DNA of 64,000 nt from Geosiphon pyriformis uo1 (lineage: Eukaryota; Fungi; Glomeromycota), in contig JAAOMT010000134.1 of assembly GCA_016748015.1 (NCBI GenBank), positions 3,429 through 67,428 of the forward strand. The letters run 5' to 3'. Below the pieces are notes generated by a model that ran no database searches, was not told the origin of the DNA, and saw only the letters and a program-made list of their open reading frames with translations. This document shows positions 1-12,612 of this stretch, piece by piece. The position numbers were made by a program, and so were the translations under genes. The stretch's first letter is position 1; every line of letters begins with the position of its first letter.

Positions 1-843
1 AACTATTTATTTACTTGTTAGTAATAAACTTGATATTTAATTTTTTAGCTCTTAGTAATTTGGCAAGCTTAAAAGCATAATAGAATTTTCTTGTACTAGA
101 TAGAACAAACTTTACACAATTAAAATTAATACCAATTTTTAATAAAATTTAAAAACTTAAAGCCTTATCATTATTCAAAACCATCCAGTAGCTTATCAAA
201 AAAACTAACTTATTACTGGTTTTTATATATAAAGTCTTGACTATTTTTAACATTAAAACTTCTAACTTTTGAAATCTAAAAGATTTTTTAATATAAATAT
301 TATTAAAATTTTTGAATTATTTTTTTTTGAATGTTTTATTGGCCAATAAACTTATTATATTACAAATAACAACTTATATTATATTTATATCTAAGAAACT
401 TTTAGATATAACAAACTTATCAAAAAAAATTGCAGTATTAATTATCATAATATTCTTAAATCTGTCTTATTTTGTATTATTAGCACTTTTAAAATCAAAC
501 TTTCAACAGTTTTTGTTTGTTTGCTTACAAAAAAAGTTCAATTACACATCTAGCAAATCATCCAAACTCATAAAAACAGAAATGTTTAATAATTAGTGTT
601 AAAGTGCTCCTCAAAATCCAAAACATTATAATCTATTATTACATTAATTAAATTTGAGAAAAAAAATATAAATCAATTGTTTTTTTGGCACTTCTAGAAT
701 TTTTTTATGTTAAGAATTTTGCAACTAAGCTTCTCATTAAAGAATTAACCAGCCTTAAATCAAAGCATTTTTTAAAACTAACACACTTGTAAGAACTATT
801 TTTATTGAAATTACCATCCAAAATTACAAATAAAATTTTATTT
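1..843 (-). pseudogene. Old LINE L1a, ORF2 fragment (end of AP endonuclease and linker); continues at 30690
   Basis: Removing A1 at its ACAG TSD rejoins the minus frame as AEEINLLIAKTVNKILFVILDGNFNK, collinear with L2 ORF2 near 36300-36450; many stops. Confidence 0.75.
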
Positions 844-847
844 ACAG

Positions 848-1837
848 TGTTACCAGTAGAATTTTAGCTATTAATTAGCACGAAATTACTCTTATAATTC
901 CTATTATCAATTAGCATATAGTATCATTATTTCGATTATCACTTATTATTTAATCAAATTATCAAATATTATTACTCAATTAATAATCCAATTTGTACTC
1001 TAGAAATTAAGATGATCAAATTACACAATACTCTGAACTATTTAATATAGTTAAAATTCGCCGAAATTAATGAAAATTTGCCGAAATTAATGAAAATTGG
1101 CCAAAATAATCAAATAGTTCAGTAAAATAACTTGTAGTTTGCTGAAATGTATCTTTAATTCACCCAAATTGTAGCAAAAAGAAAAATACAAGTTCAAAGA
1201 CTAGTACTACAACAAGTTGTATAAAAGAAGAGCTTCTCTTTTCAAAAAAATGTATCTTTTTATAGTATCTTACTATAACATCCTACCTTAGATATCTTAA
1301 TTGAAACAAATCACCTTTTATACATTCAAATAAAAATTAAATATTTGAAAAACAAATCCTTAAAATTATTACACTTGAAATTCTCTCAACACAACTAACG
1401 TTTTGAAATTGATTAGCTACCAATTTCAATAAACTGTTAGTGACTCCAGGCCTGAATAGAAAACATTTCTCTTAATAAAATTCTATTTCTTTTATATTTT
1501 TTTTATTTTTTTTTTATTTTTTTATTATAATTATTAGGGTAGCCTACAGACGAGATTCCTGTAGAAGAGTTGACTTTTACAGCAAAGTAACTACACATTT
1601 TTAGTAAGCTTTCAGATGAGCAATTCTTGGAAAAGAATTAATGTTTACTACAATGTAACTATATAAAGTAACTGGCAAGGAATTGGCCATTCCATTTATA
1701 AGCCCAGCAGTTCAAATTATAGGAGATAATTTGAAGATAAAAGTTATTGGAGGTCCAACTACTTTCTGAAAATGTGAATTTACAGCAAATCAACATTAAT
1801 AACATTTAAGAAAAGAAACCAAAAACCTCTGGTAACA
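848..1837 (+). repeat. A1 5' LTR
   Basis: TGTTACCAG...CTGGTAACA termini; near-identical to 29727-30685; PBS follows. Confidence 0.95.
1055..1226 (+). promoter_or_regulatory. Family A U3 promoter: ~20-bp tandem repeats with TTCGCCGAAAT-like core, then TATAAAA (1220-1226)
   Basis: Repeated aaattcgccgaaattaatg / tttgccgaaat / ttggccaaaat; same layout in the other A LTRs (e.g. 56560-56735). Confidence 0.55.
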
Positions 1838-1839
1838 TT

Positions 1840-1850
1840 TGGTGCTCTCT
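1840..1850 (+). promoter_or_regulatory. A1 primer binding site TGGTGCTCTCT
   Basis: 2 nt after the LTR end; complementary to a tRNA 3' end AGAGAGCACCA. Confidence 0.85.
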
Positions 1851-1882
1851 CATGGAAATAACACAACAACAACAAATTCAAA

Positions 1883-2671
1883 GTGGTGATTACACCAGAC
1901 ACAACAACTCTAGAGTATTATCAGTCAATCTATACATACTGCAAGCAAAGATTTAACATCTAAGACGAAATTGAAATTTTCAAGAAATCACTATACTAAT
2001 ACATTGAAAATTGCATCAACAACTATCTTTTTGGAAACTACAATATTTCAGAAGTCAGAAACAACCTCTACAATAATTTAGTACACTATTCACAATTGGA
2101 AACAGAAGATTTAAACAGTGAAACACTTGCTACCTACTTCCAAGAACTTAATTTTAACATTATTGAGTATTGTGAAAAAAAATACCCAGTACAGCCCAAA
2201 TACTCTCTTGACTTTGAATCAAAAACAGAAACAAGCAACAAAGACAAACAAAAAGTAAAACAATATTTAAGAACGATTCCAAATACTCCAATACTACCAA
2301 AAACAACTGCCAAACACTTGCAAACACCTGAACAAGGAACCAGTATCAAAATACTACTTTCTATTATACCATTTCTAATTTCACTTATTCGACCATAAAC
2401 ACCAAATTCACCACTCAACCATTTCTCCAGACCAAAAGATTTTCAGTCACCTAAAAATCCTATTCAATAGCAGGAACCAATATCAACCAGCACCAATATT
2501 ATTGATTACCTACAAGAAAACAAAAGTAATTATTCAGAGAACTTGGAAAGTGAAGAAACTGAGTCAGAACAAAAAAAAACTACAGAAAATGAAGAAAAAA
2601 TGGCAACTGCTTACATTGCGAAGATACTAGAATTCACTAGTAAAGACAATGATACCAGTCCTCAAGAATGG
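1883..2671 (+). pseudogene. gag: A1 ORF1, 5' part (GTG start, Gag N-domain to start of capsid-like region)
   Basis: ORFs 2096 and 2543 share a frame; joins across the ATGG TSD as SPQEW|LDKVQKAGDAN at 22614. Confidence 0.85.
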
Positions 2672-3632
2672 TGTTACCAGAAGTTTTTGGTCTCTTCTTG
2701 TATGTTTGTTGTAATGCTGTTAATTCACAGCTATGGGAAGTGTTTGAACCTCTGATACTGAATTTTATCTTCAAATTATCTCCTATAATTTGAACCGCTG
2801 GGCTTATAAGTGGAATGGCCAATTCTGTGCCAGTTACTTGTGTAGTTACATTATAGTAAACATCAACTTTTTCCCAGGAATTGCTCGTCTGGAAGCTCAC
2901 TAAAAATGTGTAGTTACTTTGCTGTGAAAGTCAACTCTTCTACAGGAATCTTGTCTATAGACTACCCTAATGATTGTAAAAAGAAAAGAAAAGAAAAATA
3001 AAAAAAATATAAAAGAAATAGGATTTTATTAAGGGAAACGTTTTCTATCTAGGCCTGGAATCACTAACAGTTTACTGAAATTGGTAGCTAATCAATTTTG
3101 AAATGTTAGTTGGGTTTTGGAGATTTTTCAAGTACAATAATTAAAAAAATTTGGTTTTTCGAATTATTTGATATTTTTTTTTTTGTGTGTATAGGAATGG
3201 TTTTAAGAGATAAATCTAAAGTAAGATACATTTTCTCAAAGAGAGAAGCTCTTCTTTTATACAACTTGTTGTAACACTATTCTATAAACTTGAACTTTGC
3301 TATTTTCTATAATTTTGCTGAACTAAAGATACATTTTGGTAAACTACAAGTTATTTCTGTGAGCTATTAGATATTTTGGTAAACTATCAATTATTTCGGC
3401 AAATTCCTACAAATTTTGGCAAACTTTTTGAATGTTACATAGTTTGGGGTATTGTATGATTGATCATTGTAATTAGGTTATATTTGTGTTATGTACAAAT
3501 TGAGTTATTAATTAAATGATAATTTTGGATATTTTGCTAATGTAATAAGTGATAATTTGAAATGCAAATTAATAATAAAAATTATAAAGGTAATTTCATG
3601 CTAAGCAATATCTCTAATTTTGTCTGGTAACA
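2672..3632 (-). repeat. A2 3' LTR, preceded by PPT AAGGAGGAGGTTA (3633-3645)
   Basis: TG...CA termini; matches the split 5' LTR. Confidence 0.95.
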
Positions 3633-4320
3633 TAACCTCCTCCTTAAGACTGAGCTCCATTAAAGTCCAAGTACTGTCTGTAATTTCCAGATAGTAATCC
3701 AAGATTATTGAAGAAATTTGGTCTGAAAATTTTTGAAATTCCAGTTCTGTAAGCTTTCTAATATATTGAATCTTCAAGGATTGTAAAATTGGGTTTTGTA
3801 GGATGTTTTCACAGGTATGAAATAGGTCATAAAGTCTAAGAGCAGCTCTTAGTTTATAATAACTGTTTGTAGGTTCAGCTGTTGTCTTGAATTTGTTATA
3901 GAGTTGTTTCCAAATAGCTTCTTTTGTGAGATTTGCTGCTGTAAGCTCCCATTTTTGTTCGTGAAGTGTTTTTCCAATGTAGAAATATCTATATATTGGA
4001 GTATAGTCATAGTTTTCTTCATTAAAACACAGTTGAAGTTTTTGTTGAATAGTAGCATTTGGTGGAATACTAATAGGAGTGAGCATTAAGTTTTCTCTTA
4101 AAGCAAGCTTTAAAAGTTTTGGCAGGTGAATTCCAGAATAACTTCTTGTATTCTTCTTATATGAGTGATATTTTCATGAATTTGGGACTAAATTTGTAAT
4201 TACTTCTGTTTGGGTATAATTAATGTGGTTTCCAGTAACAGTAATAGATAATTCGGGTATTGTTTTTAAAGCTAACATTAGTTTTTGGGATAATTGTTGA
4301 ATGTTTTAAGGAATAGTCAT
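3601..4320 (-). pseudogene. A2 ORF3, unknown ~240 aa helical protein in env position, ending inside the 3' LTR
   Basis: ATG at 4320 (MTIP*NIQQLSQKLMLALKT) in frame with ORF 3601..4086 (YRYFYIGKTL, LRAALRLYDLF); homologous to A1 and B ORF3. Confidence 0.8.
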
Positions 4321-4440
4321 TATAAGAGATTTGAAAATAAAAGAAAATTATTTTTTGGTGTATGGGTTTTTATATTATTTTTGCTTTGTTTTTGTGAGAT
4401 TGTTTCTAAATTATAAGGAGATAATTATAATAAATTTAAG

Positions 4441-5823
4441 TTAAGTGTTCAAGTTGGGAGGTTGTTTAATAACAATGATTGGTTTTAAATTTCGAAGAAT
4501 ATTTTTGGGATTGATTAAAGAAGAATGACCAATTTGTAAAATTAATGGTTCAGAATTGTTTTTGGAATTATAGTGTTTCAAACAATCTCCATGTGCAACT
4601 TTTGCTAGGATTTTGTCATCAAGTCTTAGCTTGTATGATCCATTGCCTAGAACTTTATGAATAAAGAATGGTCCATCCCATTTATTTTCAAATTTCCCAC
4701 TCCATTGTTTTTTAGCTTTAGTTCTGTGTAAGAGAACTTTGTTTCCAATTTTAAATTTATTGGTGACTGGTGGCAATTTGTTGTCATGCCATTCTTTTTG
4801 TTAAGCTTGGAAGTATTCAATATGGGTGGCTGCTATTCATCATTTTCCTTCTAGTGTGCTAAGCAGAGTGTAGGCTCTTCATTGAAATGTTTTCTGGAAA
4901 TTGTTTTTATTGATTGGTTGTGCTGGGTATGTTTCTACTGTGAAATTAATTGATAATGTTGCTGTCCTTCTGTAAGTTAAATCAAATGGTGTGTGTTTTG
5001 TGGTATCTTGTTTTAGTGTCCTATATGCTAGTAACACTGATGGAATAAAAATATCTCATTCTTGCTCAAAATCAGTTGAGACTTTGGCTAATAATTCACA
5101 CAGTGTCCTATTAAAACGTTTCACAAGCCCATTTGTTTATGGATGGTAGGGCGAAGATAATAGTCTCTTAACATTAAATCATTCACAAATTTCCTGGATT
5201 AAATTGTTCACAAAATGTGTTCCTTGATCAGATAAAAGTTCTATTGAGCATCCATGTCTACAAATGATGTTTTCGTAGATAAAGTTTGCTACTAATTTTG
5301 CATCTGCTCGTTGAATGGCTTTGGCTTTAGACCATTTGGTGAGATAGTCTACAGCTACTGCAATATAATGGTTTCCTTGATTTGTGATAGGTAGTGGTCC
5401 AACTAAATTGATACCAACTTGGTCAAAAGGCTGTCCAACTTTGATTGGATTTAAAGATTCTGTAGGGCGTGTTCCTCCTCTTCTTTGACAACTATCACAA
5501 GAGTCAACATATTAATGTATGTCTCTTCTTATTTGGGGCCAAAAGTAGTGTTTTAATGTTCTTTGGGTGGTATTATCTTTTTCTAAATGTGCTGATGAAG
5601 GATCTGAGTGCATGTTGTATAAGATAGTTTCTTTTTCATGTTCTTGTATTAATTAGAGTGATTTGTTTGGATTTCTGGAGTTTTGATAATAAATGATGTT
5701 GTTGTGTAGGAAGTATTGTTTGGCTTGTTGTTGTAACCAATGTTTTTCATTTGGGGACCAATCTGTTGGGATTGTTAATGTCTCCAAATATTGTTTAAGA
5801 TTGTTGTAGTTTTCGGGGTTCAT
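4441..5823 (-). pseudogene. A2 ORF2, stand-alone integrase (HHCC, DDE core, GPF/SH3 C-terminus, no chromodomain)
   Basis: Starts MNPENYNNLKQYL; ends KWDGPFFIHKVLGNGSYKL...PNLNT*. Confidence 0.85.
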
Positions 5824-5872
5824 TGTTTGTCGTTTTGTTGCTGTTATTTCAAATGGGTGTTGGTTTTGTGTT

Positions 5873-8800
5873 CTAATCTTGTCTCATTCTTGAGAGACAA
5901 TCAATGTTGGTGTGGAGTTTTCCTGGTTTATGGTGTACAATATATCAGTAGTTGGCTAAAAATCCTGTCCATTGGGTTTGTTTGATGTTCAGCTGAGTGT
6001 TTTTGTTCTGAAGCCATTTGAGTCCAATATTATCAGTGATAATATTAAATTCCTTTGGCCAGAGATAAAGATTGAAATGATGTAGGGCCCAAATTACAGC
6101 TGCTGTTTCCAATTCAGTGGCAGGGTAATTTTTTTCAGCTGGTTTTAATGTTCTGCTGGCATAAGCAATTACTCACTCATTTCCTTGGTTATTTAATTGT
6201 GACAAAATGGCACCAAAAGCAGTATAAGAAGCATTAGTGGCTAGTCAAAACCGGTTATTGAAGTCTGGGTAGGCAAGAATTGGAGCTGTTGTCAGCTTTT
6301 CTTTGAGAATTTTAAAAGCTTTTTGGTGTTCGGTAGTCCATTTGTATTCAACATTTTTGGTGGTGAGCTGGTTGAAGGGTTTTGCAATTTTCGAGAATCC
6401 TTTAATAAACTTCCGATAGTAGAATGCTAATCCGATAAATCCTCTTAGTTCTGTGGTATTTCGAGGAGTTTTGAAATTTTTGACAGTGCTGATTTTTCTG
6501 GGATCAGGTTTAATTCTATCTTTGCTAACAATGTGACCAAAAAAAGCCAAACTTGTTTTTCCGAAGTAGCATTTTTTGATGTTCAGTTTCAATCCTGCTT
6601 TCCGTAATCATTGAAAAACTTCTCGCAGGTGTTTTAAGTGTAGTTTAAAAGATGGTGAATAAACATCAGTATCATTGAGATAGACAACTACTGATTTCCA
6701 AAGAAGGCCTTTGTAAACAACATCCATGAGTCTTTGGTGTATTGCATAATCTGAAAGGCATTATGTTGAACTCATAGTTTTTTTTTTGAATGGTAAATGC
6801 TGTTTTGGGGTGATCTTTGGGATCTATGACAACTTGCCAGTATTCACTCTCTAAATCTAATGTCAAGAAGTATTTGGACTTCCCAAGGGCATCTAACATG
6901 TTATTGATTCAGAAAAGAGAGTAGGCATCTCTAATGGTGATGCTGTTAAGTTGTCGATAATCAACACAAAATCGTATTTTTCCATTTTTCTTTTTAACTA
7001 GGACCACAGGTGAAGCCCATGGACTCATTGATGGTTGAATAAGCCCATTGTTAAGCATTCATTGCACTTCTTCTTGGATAAATTAATGACTTTCTGGAGC
7101 AACTCAGTAGGCTTGTTGTCGCCTTGGTTTGGCATCTCCTGTGTAGATTTGGTGTTGAACCAAATTGGTTCTTCTTAAGTCATTGTTGTTTTCAGCAAAA
7201 ATATCGGCAAATTCTGCAATTAGTTCTTTGAGCTGGTTCTGTTGTTGTGGTTCAAGTTGTTCTATGTTAATTCAAGATAGTTTTTCTATGACAACATGGT
7301 AGTTTTCAGAGCTGGGGTTTGGGTTGATTTTTGGTAGTGAATGTCCAATAATTTCAGAGAAATCGGAAACTGTTTGGGGTAATTCTGATTAAAAGATATT
7401 ACTGTAAATAACTCCAATTTCTAAGTTATTTAATAAAACTATAGGGAAATTGTTGGGATTGTAAAAATTAACTCAGATTTTCTTTGTTTTTTTTGGAATA
7501 TAAATGTTTGGAATCGAGATATTATGTTCCAAGCAGATTTGTTCATTGGACTCAAAAATTTGTTGTGTGGTTGTTGGCTTTTCACAAGTGTAAATTTCAG
7601 GGTGTTCTCCAAAGAGTGAAATGGTAATTGGTTGTGGAAGTCATAAAATCTGGTGAGATTTTTTCTGTTTGTTGAGAGCTATGTTTACTGAAACTGTGAA
7701 TCGTTCAGTTAAACCAAAACTTTGGGTTCCTCTTTTGCTTTTTTCCAATAGTTCTCTTTGATTGACTAATTGTAAACCTGAAATGTTGATTAAGAGTAAA
7801 TAAATGGCTTGGGCAATTTTCTCGGCATGTTCAATCTTAAATGGCTTGTTAATTTCATTTTGGAGTATTACTGTTATGTCACCAGTATATCCAGCATCGA
7901 TTATTCCTCCTCTGACATTGATTCCTTTGCTTGCCAGAGAGAACCGGGAGGCAATTTGAATCATTGCTCTTGGTGGAATTTCGAGAGCAATTTTGAGGTT
8001 GATTTTTGTAAAAGATTTGGATTTGAGAACAAGAGTATCCTTGTCTGGATATCTTAGGTCATATCCAGCATCAATTTCGTGTGCTTTTTCAGGTTTTATT
8101 TCTTGTCTGTTGTTGTTGAAGTATTTGAGTTGTAAGACAGACTGATTTTTGATAAGATAGATGGGTGTTGTTTCAATTTCTTCTGTTGCTTCCAGTTCTC
8201 CAAATTCAATTTTGTTCTCATCACTTTCACTGGGCAAGAGGATACTAAGAGCATAGCATTCAGGACACCACTGTTCATCACAAGGCATAATGCATTCTTC
8301 ACATAGCCTAATGTTCATTTGCTCTAATCATTGAATTTAAGCTTCTTGGATTGGGTAGATGTGACTTGCAATTTGGTGGTAGACTTCTACTTTATCTTTA
8401 TAATCAAATCCAGCTAATTCCATGGTGTATTCAATGTATTCTGCTTCCTTTATTTGATGGACATCTTCTTTGGTAGCTCCATTAATTAATGCCATTGCTA
8501 GGTCAAAAATCATCTCAGCATCATGGAAGTAGTGATAAAGTTTGTTGAGAGCACTGTTGTATGCCGCATTAAAGGGTGTTTCTCTTTTTACTTTTTCTGA
8601 AATTAATAAAGCATATTGGCAGGTCTGATTGCAGACTCCTCCTCTTATTGCTATGTTAATTCAATTGCATTCTTCCGGTAGCATATCTCCACAAGTCAAA
8701 CAAGAGGTGTTGTCCCATTTTCCGCTTCTTTTTATTAGATGACCCCATTGTTCTTTGTGGCAAGCCTTGCAGTAATAACAAGTATGATTTTCATATTCTT

Positions 8801-11491
8801 CTTTAGGTGAAATGCAGGCTCCCATTGATGAGAGTTTCTTGTGGCAATCTTTGCATTTGAGTGGAATGTAAGGGCATTGTTTTCATGGTTCTGGTTTTGA
8901 ATAAGAAATATTCCATCCAGTTGTCACTGGTTTTTTTGTTTCAAAAGAATCATTTGTTGAAAAGTATTGTTGTTCAGTTTCATCAGCCCAATTGGAGATT
9001 GATCCAAGTGCCATAAATGTTTCAATGATGGGTTTTTCTTCTGGTTCGAATTCAAAAGCTGGGGCTTTTCCAGAGCATTTGTTGAATGTACCACAAGTAG
9101 CAGGTACTTGGGCATGTTGTTCTTGATAGGAGAGTTGTAATTCTTGGGTTTTCCAGTCTAATTTTGCATTGGCTTTTTGAAACCAATCATTTCCGATAAG
9201 GGCTTGATACTGGGATGCGTCCATTACAAGAACTTTAACTAGAATAGTAATTTCATTTAGAGTAAATGGAAAATTGTCAATTTCTCCTACTGGAGTCTTT
9301 TTCATGCCATCAGCAGTAACGATTACTGTCTGAGCTGGTCGATCAACATTTCTCTTTAACTGTTGCATCAATTGGTAGGTAATGATGCTTCCGGCAGATC
9401 CACTGTTTAGGATCAAGTGAATTGTCTTTCCTTCAACTTCTGCTTCAGTGTACATAGCAGTGATTGCTTTTTGTTTATTGGCGGCTGCATTGATAAGCAG
9501 GAATGATGACTTATTTGCTTTGAACTCAAAAGGGAATATATCTGAAAGGTTGGCATTTTTAGCAATTCTGGCTGGTGGGATTGTGGTAGGAGTATAAGAA
9601 GAGTTTTGTTGTCATGCTGCAGCTCTACCTTCCGAAAGTGCAGTATAGTGAAAATCTTGTTTTTCAGGTATTATAAGATAGCTAGATTGAGTATGATAAT
9701 GAGAAGGTTTTGGTTGAGCTGGATTTCAGAGAACTAATTGGTTATTTGGGTTGATTCTGTTGTTGTTTATTGCAAATCAGTTTTATGGTGCAAATTGGTA
9801 TTGTTGAACCAATCTTCAAGCAGGTACTTGGTAATAGTGAATGGATTGTCGATACTGTTGTTGCATTGGTTGTAGAGCAGGTTGATAGTAGTCAGTTTAA
9901 TATTGTGGTCTTGGTGGATAGTAAGCTGGTAGTAGTGGTGGTTGGTAATAAGATTGTTGTGGCAAAGAGTAATGTTGATTACTCTTGTTTTGTTGGTCTC
10001 ATTGTAGCTTTTTGCAATCTCTTTTCCAGTGGCCAGGGATTCCACAGTAATGGCAATTCTGAGGCTGGTTATTAGAGGATGATATGAAGTTGTTTTGATT
10101 CCATCTTTGGGGTAGTTAATATCTTTGGGGTTGCTGTTGTTGTTGGTTGGTAAAATAGTTTTTGACTTTTTTTGTGAGTTGGTCAATTTTCTCTTCAGCT
10201 GCTGAGCTGGTCTTTCCAATGGCTAAGTTCATGAGTTTTGTACAATTGGCTTCTTCCATAGCCATTTCATATCTTTTTGCTTGCTAAATAACAGAGTTTA
10301 AATCTTCTGGGACATGTGAGCAAATCTTTTTAATCAGTTTATCCTTTAAACCAGTGATAAATTGATTTAAGATTTGAGCATCGGAATAATAATCATTAGT
10401 TTTAAGTTGGTGAATTTGTCTGAAAAGTTTGTTGAATTTCCCAATATAAGTTATAACAGATTCGGAAGGTTCTTGTTTGATATTGTGAAAATGATTTCGA
10501 AGTGTGATTGAAGTGTTGTTATCGGTAAATTGTTCTAAGAAGGCAGTTTTGAAAGCTGTCTAGTTATTAAAAGGGGTGGTCAAGTTTTCGAACCATTCGC
10601 CTGCTGTTCCTTTAAGAAAGTAAAAAATTGTTCTTAACATTCTGGCAGCATTCCATCCATTTGCATCTCCAGCTTTAATAACTTGGTTAAGCCATTCTTG
10701 GGGACTGGTCTCAATGTCTTCTCCATTAAATTCAGGGATTTTTGCAATATATGCTATCATTTTGTCTTCTTTGTTTTTACTGTCTATTGATTCTTCTTCA
10801 GATATTTCAGAGTCATTTTCTTTGTTCACTGCTGTCTCAGAGTGTTCACTTCAATTTTTAGCTAGAAAGTCAAGGAGATTGAAACTAGTTTGAAGGGGTT
10901 CTTGTTGTCTGGTAGAACTTTTGGGTAATGTAAAATCTTCTAGTCTTGCAAATCGATTTAAGAGTGAATTAGGTGTTTGTGCTTGTACAAGTGAAGCTAA
11001 AAAAGGTGTGATAGTAAGTGGAAGTTTTGAACTGGTTCCTTGTTCAGGTGTTTGTAAGTGTTTGACAGTTGTTTTTGGTAGTATTGAAATATTTAGGGTG
11101 GTTTTTGAGTATTGCTTCAATTTTTGTTTGCCTTTGTTGCTTGTTTCTGCCTCTGATTCAAAATCAATAGAGTATTGAGACTGCACTGGATATGTTTCTT
11201 TATAGTACTTGATAATATTAAAATTAAGTTCTTGAAAGTAAGTGGCAAGTGTTTTACTGTTAAGATCTTTGGTTCCCAACTGTGAATAGTGTACTAAATT
11301 ATTGTAAAGATTGCTTCTAACTTCTGAGATATTGTAATTTCCAAAAAATAATTGTTGATGTGGTTTTTAATGTATTGGTATACTGATTTTTTGACAACTT
11401 CAATTCTATCTGGAATGTTGAATCTTTGCTTACAGTGGGTGTAAATTGACTGGTAATACTCTAGAGTTGTTGTGTCTGGTGTGGTCGCCAC
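5873..11491 (-). pseudogene. A2 ORF1: Gag-protease-Cys-rich domain-dUTPase-RT-RNase H
   Basis: CCHC knuckle CHYCGIPGHWKRDC (~10020-10065), LNSGSAGS protease, DAGYDL and IIDAGYTG dUTPase, RT and RH motifs; ends SRMRQD*. Confidence 0.9.
7705..8085 (-). pseudogene. dut: dUTPase domain within A2 ORF1
   Basis: Motifs DAGYDL, ASRFSLASKG, GGIIDAGYTG, EKIAQ, KRGTQSFGLT. Confidence 0.9.
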
Positions 11492-11536
11492 TTTGAAGTT
11501 GTTTTTGCTGTGTTGTTTCTGTGGGAAAGCACCAAA

Positions 11537-11728
11537 TGTTACCAGAGGTTTTTGGTCTTTTCTTGTATGTTTGTTGTAATGCTGTTAATTCATGGCTATG
11601 AGAAGTGTTTAAACCTCTGATACTGAATTTTATTTTCAAATTATCTCCTATAATTTGAACTGCTGAACTTATAAGTGGAATGGCCAATTCTGTGCCAGTT
11701 ATTTGTGTAGTTACATTGTAGTAAACGT
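11537..11728 (-). repeat. A2 5' LTR, U5 part; PBS TGGTGCTTTC at 11525-11534
   Basis: Matches 2672-2863 with 13 differences, all transitions. Confidence 0.9.
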
Positions 11729-12599
11729 TGTTACAGATGATTATTTCTGCTGTTGAATTAAATAACAACCTGTAACTTGGTGCTTAAAAGCTACTTCCAT
11801 GGATGAGGTTTTGCAAAATGTTGTATCTGAAGGTTTTTATAAAATTCTTTGTATAATGGACAGAGATTTAATAGTGTTAATAGTAGGTGTATCTTTCTAA
11901 GAATTTTCCCAATTTCTTTCTTAGCATGGTGGCCAGATTTAATCTGGCAGTTGTGCTCTTCTGGTAAGCTATCCAATAATATATATAAAATCCTACCCTT
12001 ATTTCTGGGTCTTTTACCAGGCTATCCTTGATGTCAATAACTCAGTGCTTAATCCTTTTTTCAATTAGTATACACAATAATTAAATCAAATAAAATAAAG
12101 AAAAGAAATAAAAGAAAATAAAAAAAGAAAATAAATAAGTCCGGGCAGTTTGGCAGATTAGTATTCCGTTAATAGCTGTGATCAAGAGCTATTGTTCTAG
12201 TATAGTTAAGTATTAATTACAATCAACATGAAGTGTTAATAGTGGAGAGTGGATTGAGATGTGGAATAATTATTTATTTGATGATTTTGTTTTTTGGCTA
12301 AGTATTCTGTGGTATCAATTCTGTCTTTTCTATTTCTAACACTACCGCTATATATACATAATTGGGATTCCTTAATTCCTTGATTCTTCATGACAGGAAT
12401 CCTGGAATTCCTGGAATCTTGCGATTCCTTTAAGAGGAATTCTGGAATTTTGGAATCTTGCAATTCCTTGTCAGAGAATCCTGAAATTTCTGGAATCCTG
12501 CAATTTCTGAGAGGAATCCTGGAATTCCACATTTACTATGCTTACTTCTGATTGGCTAATAAGTATGCTAATATATTTCTTATATTTCTATAAGTAACA
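11729..12599 (-). repeat. B 3' LTR (871 bp)
   Basis: TG...CA termini; longer GGAATTCC/GGAATCCT array than the 5' LTR. Confidence 0.95.
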
Positions 12600-12612
12600 T
12601 TATTCCCTCTTT

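Noticed and set aside
312-596. Hydrophobic plus-strand ORFs (also 44078-44266, 48528-48893)
   Set aside because: Antisense or chance ORFs in AT-rich decayed LINE/LTR DNA
1547-1645. Hammerhead ribozyme (CAGAYGAG resembles CUGAUGAG)
   Set aside because: Conserved core U is replaced and no correctly placed GAAA or stem III is found
1852-1963. ATG just after the PBS as the Gag start
   Set aside because: Out of frame with gag, and absent in A2 (ACAG); probably CpG decay of ACGG
2637-2900. ORF within the A2 LTR (also 11430-11768)
   Set aside because: Stop and indel at the same place in the A1 and A3 LTRs; chimeric across insertion junctions
3601-4320. Calling ORF3 env
   Set aside because: No evident signal peptide, fusion peptide or transmembrane anchor
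11791-11976. 61-aa ORF present in both B LTRs (also 21084-21269)
   Set aside because: Non-ATG start; recurrence is explained by LTR identity; the frame is closed early in LTR E
12236-12532. 98-aa ORF with NSRIP repeats
   Set aside because: Translation of the U3 tandem array
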